In this document: piece by piece, positions 1 to 8,091 of the stretch | Numbering within the stretch: the first letter of the stretch is position 1 | Layout of the letters: each line of letters starts with the position of its first letter | Source of the DNA: a virus | Taxonomy: Duplodnaviria; Caudoviricetes | Virus record (IMG/VR): IMGVR_UViG_3300036766_001162 | Location: 1-57,201 of that record | Strand: one strand, 5' to 3' | Length of the DNA: 57,201 nucleotides | Position numbers and translations under genes: made by a program | The notes under the pieces: model-generated | What the model saw: the letters and a program-made list of their open reading frames with translations, nothing else | Databases searched by the model: none | What the model was told of the DNA's origin: nothing

Positions 1-152
1 CCCACGCCGCCGTACATGATATTGTGGGAAAAGGAGGCGTGCTGCATCCCCAGTGCCACCATGGGCGACCCCAGGAATGCGATCATGGGGTCGGGATTGC
101 ACTTCTTGACCCCCGCATTGCAGCTCCCGGTGCAGTCCGCATCACTGAAGCA
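1..152 (+). repeat. Terminal direct repeat copy 1 (probable assembly circularisation overlap)
   Basis: 1-152 equals 57050-57201 except G26 vs T57075. Confidence 0.95.
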
Positions 153-2588
153 GATAGTGCCCCGGGTGGTCGTGCAGGAGGCATCACAGGTCATCCCCCA
201 GTCCGCCCCGAATGGCGCCGAGCCTTTGTTGATGTAGTTACCCACTACCTGGATTCCCGCTCCACCCGCGGCAATGGGGGCGCCCGCCAGCCCCATAAAT
301 CGGTTCCCCGTTATGCTGGTATTCACGAGACCGTCAGTGCGGGTTCCTGTGGAGAATCCTCGCCAGCCGTTGTAGCAGATATTGCCCTCAACCACGTTCC
401 CCGTTGCGAGATTGTCGTCCAGGATACACTCGGGATGGAGCGCGGTGGTGAGCCCGTTCGGATTGGTGATGATGTCGAGCTCGAAGCAGGTATTCAGGGC
501 AATTTTGGATATACCCCCGAAGACGTTATTCTGCCCCAGCCAGATACACGCCTTGCTCGGATGGTAAATGATATTGTCGGCAATCGTGGCCCCGAACGCC
601 GTCTGATCCATCTTGATCCCCGTCTGGAGGGTCTCGACGGCAAGACTCACCACCTGATTGCCCGTAATGACGGCATTGCTATTGCTGGTCAGGATGCCGA
701 CGCCCGTGGCGCCACTGCCCTCAACGTAGTTCGTTTTCAGGTCGGCGTTGGTAGCCTGGGCACTGATCCCAATGCAGCTCCCAGCAATCCCCTTGATGTT
801 GTTCCCCGTCGCATGGTCATTGGCCCCGGACATCAGGATGCCCGTGCAGCCCGTGGCGCCCGTGATGAAGCCAAGCTTGTTCTCGATCGCGGTGGCATCG
901 GTCCCCGTCAGCGCAATGCCCGTGGCGCCCGCGGCGAGATCGAACGCATAGCTCTTCGCCACCATGCCGAAGTTCCCGACGCTATAGCCTTGCGATTCCT
1001 TCCCCGGCCCCGCCGTGGAGCTGGGCCAGATCGTCGATTCGTCGATCCGGGTGTTGGCGCCCCCGATGATGCCCGCCGTGCTTCCGCGGCCCCACACGCG
1101 CAGCAGTTGCGAATCGATCCCCACACTCACGCCATTCGTGACCGCCACCGTGGGTTGCACGTTGGAGGTAGCCGCGTTGAATGCCCCATAGCAGCACTTC
1201 CCGGCATTCGCCGCGAAGCAACTGGAGTTCGCCGGGGTGCCGGGAATTGGCGACGAGCAATCCGTGATCTCGCGGGCAACGTTCGTGTCATAGAGGGTCG
1301 CCTGGTTCTCGGTCTTGATGCCGAAGTCCCCAGTAAAGTGGTCCCAGACATTGACCCCGGCGAAGGTCGCATTGAACGTGCGCGCCAGGTCCACGGCATT
1401 GATGCGTCCAGGGCCGCTGGGTGGCACGATCGTCGCATCGGGGTGGGTGTTCGGCGTCCCACTACACGTCCCCCCGGGCGTCTTGCAGTCCGCGATGCGG
1501 AGACACAGGCTCCCGGTATCCGCCGGCACCGCGGCCCCGAGCGACGCATCCGCCACGTTGTCGGTGAACTGCTGGGTGGTGTTGTCGGATTGCGTGCCCA
1601 CCAGCAACCAGTTACCGGTGTCCCCCGCGATCCGGCGATATACCTTCCGTGATGTCGTGCCCACCGGTCCGAGCGCGATGTTGACCGTGACCTGGCCATG
1701 GGTGCCATCCGTCGTGAGGATACCCGAGGTCGCAGACACCCCTCCCTGCCCGTTGGCATTGTTGAAGGTCACTTTCCACGAATGCGTGCCGTTGGTGATG
1801 TTCCCCGCCGCGGTGATGAGCGCCACGACCGGCGTCGTTGGCACCGCGCCGGCACAATCCGTTTGCGCTTCGCACCGGGCGCCCGGCGTGGCCGCCGCAC
1901 CATCACACTCCTGCCGACAGGGATCGCCCGCGTTCGTGCCGGCGACGCACCGTTGGTAGGGGTCCGACTGATACGTCCAGACGCTGCACCCCTCGAGGAA
2001 GATATCCGAGGACTTTGCGTCCGTGTCCCTCAACATCTCGTACGTCGCGCCGCTGGTGGGTGCGAAGCACGTGGCGGCCGTGCAGGGACTCGTCCCCGCG
2101 ACGCCGAAGGACGACGTACACGTGCCGCCCCCAAGGCATTCCGCCGTCGCCTTACACGCGGCGCCAGGATACGTCCCACCGGAGCAATACTGGCGGAGCG
2201 GGGCAAAGCCCGCAGAGAGGTCTTCGCATTGGATATGCGTGTTGTCCTGCACCGCGAGCGCCGAAAAGATGCAGCAGCTCGGACAGGTCGCGCCGATGCC
2301 GCACCCGTTGGTCTGGTCGGTCGTGTCCAACGTACAGGCGAGCCCGGAGCGGGCGCCGTTGGCGCAGGTGCCGGAGGTCGGGGACGCGAGCGTCGGCACA
2401 CAGCCCGTCGGGAGGAACAGCGTCTTCCCCCCCGCGACGGCGGTACTCAGCGCGGTGTTGGTCTGCGACGTGGCATCGACGGTGCCCGTGCAGTTGGCGT
2501 AGTCGTCCAGCCGGATTTGATGCCGCAGGGGATTCATCCCCGCGGCAATCAAGAGGAGGAGGAGGGCCCCGAGGTTCAGGCGTCGCAT
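1..2588 (-). CDS. N-terminal part of an about 1182-aa Cys-rich, signal-peptide-bearing beta-helix (tailspike/adhesin-like) protein that continues across the junction; absent from the ORF track
   Basis: ATG at 2588 (MRRLNLGALLLLLIAAG...). I read the minus frame codon by codon to base 1 and found no stop. It is in frame with MIAFLGSP at 86, equivalent to 57135. It has CxxGxxxGxxC motifs and ITGN/VEGN beta-helix-type repeats. Confidence 0.85.
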   Translation of the reverse strand, partial: MRRLNLGALLLLLIAAGMNPLRHQIRLDDYANCTGTVDATSQTNTALSTAVAGGKTLFLPTGCVPTLASPTSGTCANGARSGLACTLDTTDQTNGCGIGATCPSCCIFSALAVQDNTHIQCEDLSAGFAPLRQYCSGGTYPGAACKATAECLGGGTCTSSFGVAGTSPCTAATCFAPTSGATYEMLRDTDAKSSDIFLEGCSVWTYQSDPYQRCVAGTNAGDPCRQECDGAAATPGARCEAQTDCAGAVPTTPVVALITAAGNITNGTHSWKVTFNNANGQGGVSATSGILTTDGTHGQVTVNIALGPVGTTSRKVYRRIAGDTGNWLLVGTQSDNTTQQFTDNVADASLGAAVPADTGSLCLRIADCKTPGGTCSGTPNTHPDATIVPPSGPGRINAVDLARTFNATFAGVNVWDHFTGDFGIKTENQATLYDTNVAREITDCSSPIPGTPANSSCFAANAGKCCYGAFNAATSNVQPTVAVTNGVSVGIDSQLLRVWGRGSTAGIIGGANTRIDESTIWPSSTAGPGKESQGYSVGNFGMVAKSYAFDLAAGATGIALTGTDATAIENKLGFITGATGCTGILMSGANDHATGNNIKGIAGSCIGISAQATNADLKTNYVEGSGATGVGILTSNSNAVITGNQVVSLAVETLQTGIKMDQTAFGATIADNIIYHPSKACIWLGQNNVFGGISKIALNTCFELDIITNPNGLTTALHPECILDDNLATGNVVEGNICYNGWRGFSTGTRTDGLVNTSITGNRFMGLAGAPIAAGGAGIQVVGNYINKGSAPFGADWGMTCDASCTTTRGTICFSDADCTGSCNAGVKKCNPDPMIAFLGSPMVALGMQHASFSHNIMYGGV

Positions 2589-2599
2589 GATCCGCTCAG

Positions 2600-2881
2600 T
2601 CATGGAGGGACGGGCATCCCGGGGAGCGCCGGAGTCGGCGTCGCGCCCAGCGCCCCCGCTTCGTCGGCCATGGCCCGCCGACGATCGGCGACCTCGGCAT
2701 CGAAGGCTGTCCCCTCGGCAGCGAGTGCCACGACCGACCGGCCCAGCACCGCGGGCCCAGCACCGAGGTGCGCGCTGATGTTGCAGACCGGCAATATCCA
2801 CGAGCGGGGGAACCAGAGCAGGTAGGCGAGCGCAATCCATCCCGTCCACGCCATGGCGGTAAACGCGCTGCGCCACACCAC
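2600..2881 (-). CDS. Small hypothetical protein with hydrophobic N-terminus
   Basis: GGGAGG RBS before GTG 2881; fits the operon tiling. Confidence 0.5.
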   Translation of the reverse strand: MVWRSAFTAMAWTGWIALAYLLWFPRSWILPVCNISAHLGAGPAVLGRSVVALAAEGTAFDAEVADRRRAMADEAGALGATPTPALPGMPVPP

Positions 2882-2897
2882 CTGGGCCCTCCCGGGG

Positions 2898-3311
2898 TTA
2901 GAGGGCGGATTCGAAGCCGCGAATGTCGGATGTACCATCGCTGATCACCCAAATGTCGATCGGTCCGATCGGCAAGATGCCGGTGTCGCCGAGTTGTGCG
3001 AGTTTGACCCCAGTCGCCGCCGTCACGCCTGACGTAAAGCCGAAATAGGCGACACTTCCGCTCGCGTTTTGGATCAAGACGCCGCGGCGGCCCGTCTGCG
3101 GCGTTGTGACAATCTTCGCGGCCGTCGTGGTCGCCGTGAAGTTGAAGCCCACCACGGTCCCGAATGCCGGCGGGCTGGCGGGGTAGGGATGGGTCGCGTC
3201 GGCATCCACGCCATCCGGCGTACGTAGCAGGACGCGCTGGTGCTTGACGCCCCCAATATCCTTGGAGGCGATGACATCGCCGGTAGCCGGGAGGGTATTG
3301 TTGTCTGCCAT
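2898..3311 (-). CDS. Putative virion structural/decoration protein
   Basis: 137 aa, beta-rich (GVLIQNASGSVAYFGF..TGVKL); lies in the late operon. Confidence 0.7.
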   Translation of the reverse strand: MADNNTLPATGDVIASKDIGGVKHQRVLLRTPDGVDADATHPYPASPPAFGTVVGFNFTATTTAAKIVTTPQTGRRGVLIQNASGSVAYFGFTSGVTAATGVKLAQLGDTGILPIGPIDIWVISDGTSDIRGFESAL

Positions 3312-3340
3312 CTCGTCGCCCCGCTCGAGCGATCCCGAGC

Positions 3341-3814
3341 TCAGTCAGCGGTGAAGGCGAGTTGCCCGATCGCAAAGCTGAACGTGACCCCGCTCAGGAC
3401 GACGACGCCCACGGCCCCGTTGACCGTGCCGGCCATCAGGAGGTTCCCGGCGGACGACGCATCATAGAGCCCGCACCACTTGATGGCCGCGCCGCCGAAC
3501 CAGTCGGCCGATGCTTGCGGGAACGTCACCGCGAGCTTATTGGTGACTCCCCACGCCGTGCCGCTGACCGCCGAGATGTTCCAGCTCACGGCGTTGCCCG
3601 ACGCATCGTCGGCGTCCTTTGCCATGGCGACGCGCGCGTAGGAGCCACCGCTCAGCTCGCCAGCGCTCACGTCGGCCGGATCGGTCGAGTGCAGCGACAC
3701 CCACAGGTTCGTGGGGCCGGTGGCGGCGAGCGCCGTGGCCGCGGCACCGTCCTTATTGGTCTTGAAGAGCCACTGGATTAGGCGCGTCTCGAAATAGGTA
3801 CTGAAGCCTGCCAT
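3341..3814 (-). CDS. Conserved phage structural protein (family often annotated as tail fibre/Gp80-like)
   Basis: Motifs LWVSLHSTDP..GELSGGSYARV, VTFPQASADW, GLYDASSAGNLL; GAGGAGG RBS. Confidence 0.75.
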   Translation of the reverse strand: MAGFSTYFETRLIQWLFKTNKDGAAATALAATGPTNLWVSLHSTDPADVSAGELSGGSYARVAMAKDADDASGNAVSWNISAVSGTAWGVTNKLAVTFPQASADWFGGAAIKWCGLYDASSAGNLLMAGTVNGAVGVVVLSGVTFSFAIGQLAFTAD

Positions 3815-3817
3815 AGG

Positions 3818-6800
3818 TCACCCCTCCTCCGCGTTCTTGTCAGATAGCACCAGCAAAAGATCGCATACGCAGCGCGGATGCGCTGTCGGCGCGTCGTCAC
3901 CACTCGGGAATGCCGCGTCGATCGGCACGACGCCGGCCGCGGCATTCGAGTCGCAGTTGCTCGTTACGACGTTCTCGGCTATAAAGAAGCCAGCATCTGC
4001 CGTCAGGTTGAACACCTCGCAGGAGGCCATCCGATGAGCCGTCATCATCACCCGCTCGAACCCGGCGTCATGCGGCGCGTAACCCGCCTTTATCTGCGCG
4101 AGCAGCGTTCGCTTCTGGACGTTGCCGCCGCGACCGGCCTCACATACACGCGCATCCGGAACGCACTCCTGCGCGCGGGATATCCGCTGCGTGGCCGCAC
4201 GGAGGCGGCGAGCCATGTCGTCGCCGCTGCCAAACGCCGAGAGTCGATGATGGCGCGCTATCAGGCCGGCCAGCCACTCGCGAAGATAGCGCAAGCCCTT
4301 GGCCTCACGAGGAGGAATGTGGTGCATCACCTCAGCCAAGCGGGTATCGACCTGCGCCAGCGCCCGGCCATTGCGACCAGCGAATTGCACCGCCTGTACT
4401 TCGATCGCGGCATGTCCGCGCAAGCAATCGGCATGCGGGTGGGAATCTCTGCTGTTACCGTGGGCCAACGTCTTCGCCGCGCGGGCTATACTCTCCGTTC
4501 CAACAGCGATGCCCTCGCACGCTGGTATCAGGGGGTCACCAAGGCCGAGCGCCTCAATCGCCTGCGCGCCGCGCACGCCGAGACGCCGAAGGCCCGCGAG
4601 CGCCGCGGCAATTTCGGTTCGGATACGGAACGCCGTCTCTACGAGTTGATCGCAGATCACGGACGCTTCGCCGTGCAGAAGGCCGTGGGCCGTTACAGTG
4701 TGGACATGGCTACCGATACCGTCGCCGTGGAAATCGCCGGCGGACGTTGGACGGGTCGCCGTTCGTCCCGTAAACGCACCGACTACCTCCTCCAGTCGGG
4801 CTTCCACGTGATCGAAATCGTATGCAGTGCCCAGAGCCGATTTCAGCCAAGTGCCGCTGAGCAGGTAATCGCCTTCCTTCAGGAGGTGAAGCGGCTTCCA
4901 CCCGGCATCCGTGAGCACCGGATGGTTCGGGGTTCCGGTCAGCCGATGACCACTCGACAGGTCCACATCGACTACCGTCCCGCGGTAGTGTCGGCGGAAG
5001 GTGCGATGTAGCGCGCCCGTCGAGACGCGCATGTCGCCGATCAGGCATTCATCGTCCGTGTCGTGCTCACTCCCGAGGACCCATTCCTTGCCCGCGACCT
5101 CGCCGCTGGCCTTCCAGGTCTCGAGGTTGCCGCGGACGAGCGCGTTGCTGATCTCGGTCCGCGCAATCAGCGCGGCCCGCTCGTCGCTGAAGGCGTACGA
5201 GTCCGCCAGCGCGGTCGCGAGATCGGCCTTGCTCCACTGCTCCGCAAAGGCCTCCGCGATCGTGCCGCGCAGGAGTTCGCGGGTGCCATCTGTGATCGCG
5301 TAGGCCGCGTTCGGGTTCTCGCCCACGCTCCCGTCGGGGAGCGTCCGCATGCCGACGAGTTCGGCGGCGCGCGCGTTTGCTGCCGCGACGATCGCGGCAT
5401 TCGGGAGCGCGAAGTCGGCCGCGGTCGGCACCGCCAGGGTGAGCGTCGCCAATGCCTGCGTGGCCCCGCGCTGCCCGATGTCCCCGAGGAGCTGCGCTGT
5501 GGGATCGATCAGAACCGTGAAGCCCGCCATGTCGACGGCGGCCAGCACCTGGTCGACGATGTCCGCAGGCTCGTCCTTCCGCAGCGCGACGCCCACGCCC
5601 TTCGCCAGGTACGGCGCCGCCGCCGCGAGGACCGCCGCCTGCACCGTGACGAAGGCTCCGCGGACACGCTTCGCCAGGGCGCGCTCGGCCTTCTGCACCG
5701 GCGCGGTCGCGCGGGCCGCACCGGCCAGCAACTTCCGCTTCGCGCGGGGGAGGCTGGCGATCGTGACGCGCACCGGGGCTCGCACCGGGGCTCGCTTCGC
5801 CGCGGGCCGCGCGTTCGCCTTGGGCTCCGGCGTCGGCGGCGCGGCCGCGGCGGGCGGCTTCCCACCCCTCGGCGGAGGCGTCCCGCCGTCGGGCGGTGCC
5901 TCGGGTGGTAGCGGCTTCCCATCTGGCCCGAGAACGACCGGGACCACCGGGACCACCGGCTCGGGCGGATTCAGGATGTCGGCCAGCCGCACGGCGCCGT
6001 TGGCCCCACCGTAGATCAGGGCCTGGTCGCCATCCGGGACCGGGTCGAGGCTCTTCGTCTGCCGGACCTCGTTGATCGTGAGGACGCCGAGCTTCAGGTA
6101 CCGCTCGTCGAGCTCGCTCTGTGTCCTCGCATCCGGCGTCCGGGCATCGTCGAAGAAGAAGCCGAGGTCGGTGAAGCCGAAGTCGTGGTGGATGACGTCG
6201 TACGTCATGAGGTCCTGGAAGAACCCCATCAGCGGCAGCGTGCCCTCCTCGAGGGCGACGTCCTGCATAATCTCGCCTGTCGCGCGATTAGTCTGCTTGA
6301 TGAATGCCGTGGGAGGTATATCGAAAGCAAAGCAGATTTTCCGCAGCAGCCACTCGTCGAACTCGTCTTTCAGCGGCGGCAGGCGCGTCTCGTGGAGCGT
6401 GACGCCGGCGCCCCCTGGCACGAACTTGACCTTGCGGCGCTCCTCGGTGCCGCCCTCGAAGAAGCTCGCCCACTTCTGCGCGAACTGCTCGACCTGCGGG
6501 GCGCTCCACCCTTCGGGGAGCGTGACGATCATGTCGGGGATATTGCCCGCCGAGTAGTACTCAAGCTGGGACGTCACGCGGCGGAGCGCCAGGTTGATCG
6601 TGACGAGGATCTGCTCTGTGGGCCCGAACCCGTAAGCGTGCGTGCTCCGCGGATTCCGGGGCCGATAGATCAGCTCGTCCGCCGTGAAATCCGTCGTCGG
6701 CATGCCCTTGATGATCTGGCGGTAGGCCGTTCCGCTGTCGGGCCGGTTCCCGCGTTCGTCGAGCACGGGACGAATGGTGCCGCCGTCGAAGATCTCGAGC

Positions 6801-7309
6801 GCGTAGAGGCCGCCGGCGCGGGTCGGACGCCGGAAGATCGTGAGCGCGTCGACCACCAGCACTTCCTCGAGCGCCTTCCGCAGCCACGTGTTCCACGGCA
6901 GCACGCGGTCGGGCACGCGGAGCAGCGCTTCCACCTGCTGCACTCGCGCATCTCCGGGCTGCACCTTCGCCCGCGGATCGAGGGGCCGCACCGACCAGCC
7001 GAAGCGCGCCATGCGCGACTTGACCGTCTCGATCACGATGCGGACGGAGTCGGAGCCGTCGGCCAGCGCCCGCAGCATCGGGAAGCCGGTCAGCTCCTCG
7101 CCGCGCGGCGTGGTGCGCAGGTTGAAGCCGCTCGGGTAGTCCCAGGAGCGCGCGGGCACCGTGATCGGCGCCACGACCGGTGGTAGCGACCCGGGGCCGA
7201 ACCAGCCGGTCAGTCGCTCATAGACCCGCTGCGCCACCGAGCGGCGGGTATCCGCCGAGGCGGCGACAAGGGTCGGGTCGATCGGCGTGCCCGACAGGCG
7301 GGACGCCAT
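3818..7309 (-). CDS. Portal protein fused to a MuF-like minor head protein, intein-containing (1163-aa precursor, about 799 aa spliced)
   Basis: Portal motifs (YGFGPTEQI, YYSAGNIP, ICFAFDIPP, GVLTINEVR), a Pro-rich linker, and MuF motifs (RAALIARTE, KEWV, FPSG..PTAHPRCVC). Confidence 0.9.
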   Translation of the reverse strand: MASRLSGTPIDPTLVAASADTRRSVAQRVYERLTGWFGPGSLPPVVAPITVPARSWDYPSGFNLRTTPRGEELTGFPMLRALADGSDSVRIVIETVKSRMARFGWSVRPLDPRAKVQPGDARVQQVEALLRVPDRVLPWNTWLRKALEEVLVVDALTIFRRPTRAGGLYALEIFDGGTIRPVLDERGNRPDSGTAYRQIIKGMPTTDFTADELIYRPRNPRSTHAYGFGPTEQILVTINLALRRVTSQLEYYSAGNIPDMIVTLPEGWSAPQVEQFAQKWASFFEGGTEERRKVKFVPGGAGVTLHETRLPPLKDEFDEWLLRKICFAFDIPPTAFIKQTNRATGEIMQDVALEEGTLPLMGFFQDLMTYDVIHHDFGFTDLGFFFDDARTPDARTQSELDERYLKLGVLTINEVRQTKSLDPVPDGDQALIYGGANGAVRLADILNPPEPVVPVVPVVLGPDGKPLPPEAPPDGGTPPPRGGKPPAAAAPPTPEPKANARPAAKRAPVRAPVRVTIASLPRAKRKLLAGAARATAPVQKAERALAKRVRGAFVTVQAAVLAAAAPYLAKGVGVALRKDEPADIVDQVLAAVDMAGFTVLIDPTAQLLGDIGQRGATQALATLTLAVPTAADFALPNAAIVAAANARAAELVGMRTLPDGSVGENPNAAYAITDGTRELLRGTIAEAFAEQWSKADLATALADSYAFSDERAALIARTEISNALVRGNLETWKASGEVAGKEWVLGSEHDTDDECLIGDMRVSTGALHRTFRRHYRGTVVDVDLSSGHRLTGTPNHPVLTDAGWKPLHLLKEGDYLLSGTWLKSALGTAYDFDHVEARLEEVVGAFTGRTATRPTSAGDFHGDGIGSHVHTVTAHGLLHGEASVICDQLVETAFRIRTEIAAALAGLRRLGVRGAQAIEALGLGDPLIPACEGIAVGTESIARAAKTLAHGNSRDSHPHADCLRGHAAIEVQAVQFAGRNGRALAQVDTRLAEVMHHIPPREAKGLRYLREWLAGLIARHHRLSAFGSGDDMARRLRAATQRISRAQECVPDARVCEAGRGGNVQKRTLLAQIKAGYAPHDAGFERVMMTAHRMASCEVFNLTADAGFFIAENVVTSNCDSNAAAGVVPIDAAFPSGDDAPTAHPRCVCDLLLVLSDKNAEEG
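3957..3985 (+). promoter_or_regulatory. Candidate sigma70-type promoter for the antisense nuclease gene
   Basis: TTGCTC (3957-3962), 17-nt spacer, TATAAA (3980-3985), about 50 nt upstream of ATG 4034. Confidence 0.55.
4034..5011 (+). CDS. Antisense intein-internal protein with 3x HTH and a Vsr/DUF559-like PD-(D/E)XK nuclease domain; putative homing endonuclease (325 aa)
   Basis: AGGAGG at 4021-4026, 7 nt before ATG. Three HTH repeats end in AG(Y/I)xLR. The C-terminal domain reads SDTERRLY..QKAVGRYSVDMATDTVAVEIAGGRW..RTDYLLQSGFHVIEI. Confidence 0.85.
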   Translation: MSRHHHPLEPGVMRRVTRLYLREQRSLLDVAAATGLTYTRIRNALLRAGYPLRGRTEAASHVVAAAKRRESMMARYQAGQPLAKIAQALGLTRRNVVHHLSQAGIDLRQRPAIATSELHRLYFDRGMSAQAIGMRVGISAVTVGQRLRRAGYTLRSNSDALARWYQGVTKAERLNRLRAAHAETPKARERRGNFGSDTERRLYELIADHGRFAVQKAVGRYSVDMATDTVAVEIAGGRWTGRRSSRKRTDYLLQSGFHVIEIVCSAQSRFQPSAAEQVIAFLQEVKRLPPGIREHRMVRGSGQPMTTRQVHIDYRPAVVSAEGAM

Positions 7310-7435
7310 CTAGGCTCGCGTGGGCGAGCGAAGACGCGCTCGCTCCGATCTAAGGCTCCGCACCACCGTGATCGTCTCCGCTCGCCCACCGTCGAACAGG
7401 AGGGAGGCGAATCCGAGCCATCACGCATGGACGCT

Positions 7436-7457
7436 TGCAGCCAGACTGCGGGGGTTG
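7436..7457 (-). promoter_or_regulatory. 22-bp motif copy 1 upstream of the portal gene (candidate late promoter/operator)
   Basis: TGCAGCCAGACTGCGGGGGTTG (+ strand), identical to 52518-52539. Confidence 0.6.
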
Positions 7458-7467
7458 TTCCGGAGGC

Positions 7468-7863
7468 TCAGGAGAGCGCCCCGTCGCCCGCGAAGATCGC
7501 GATGCGGCGGACGACGAGATTCTTCGGGTGGTCGTTCTGGCGGTTGCCGTCCAGGCGGATGACGCGCTCGTTCCCCGCCAGCGGGCGCCCGAGGCGCCCT
7601 TCCATGGTGATGCGCGCCAGGGACTTGTAGCCGAGCTGGTCGGCCCCGGGCACGCCGATGCCAACCAGGACGTAGTGATAGCCGCCCCGCAGGATGGTCG
7701 TTGGGGTGGTGGCGCGCCGGTGCTTGGCGTGCGCGCGCTGGCACGCGCGCGAGCAGGTGGGGGCCGCGGCCTTCACCTGCGCCGCCCGCCGGCCGATGGG
7801 GCCGCCGCAGAAGGCGCACGGACGGCGCTCGAGCGCCGGGAGGAAGCGCGCACGGGTGGACAC
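7468..7863 (-). CDS. Zn-finger plus degenerate HNH-like protein
   Basis: CAFC..CSRAC, then GYKSLARITMEGRLGRPL..ERVIRLDGNRQNDHPKNL: an HNH scaffold lacking the His residues. Confidence 0.7.
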   Translation of the reverse strand: MSTRARFLPALERRPCAFCGGPIGRRAAQVKAAAPTCSRACQRAHAKHRRATTPTTILRGGYHYVLVGIGVPGADQLGYKSLARITMEGRLGRPLAGNERVIRLDGNRQNDHPKNLVVRRIAIFAGDGALS

Positions 7864-8091
7864 GGTCAGGAGGAGCCCCGGGCGGCGTGGAGGTTATCCC
7901 ACCAACGAGAGAACTCGCGTATCTGGCCCTCCGTCCAGGGCTCCCTCGACTCCGGGATTGGGATGCCCCCTGCCGGAACAGTCGTGGCCCGGCGCCATCG
8001 CGTATCCTCCGCTTCGACAAAGCGCTGCGTCATGCCAGCAGCCAGCAGGGCGGCCACTGCCCCCGTCACCGCAGCACCGACAGCGCGGGCA

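Larger units (their letters stand above)
3956..5047 (-). mobile_element. Intein (364 aa) in the MuF domain
   Basis: Block A CLIGDMRV at 5047; block B LTGTPNHPVLT; block F/G VFNLTADAGFFIAENVVTSN followed by +1 Cys. Excision restores DDE-CDSN, the MuF Cys motif. Confidence 0.9.

Noticed and set aside
1-152. Physical direct terminal repeat of the virion DNA
   Set aside because: It falls mid-gene and far from terS; more simply explained as an assembly overlap.
24-1652. 542-aa + strand ORF (and 1698-2825)
   Set aside because: In-register shadow of the real minus-strand gene; Arg/Gly-rich with no recognisable motifs.
3878-4033. Longer start for the antisense nuclease ORF given by the ORF track
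   Set aside because: It extends outside the intein and upstream of the predicted promoter; ATG 4034 has a perfect RBS.
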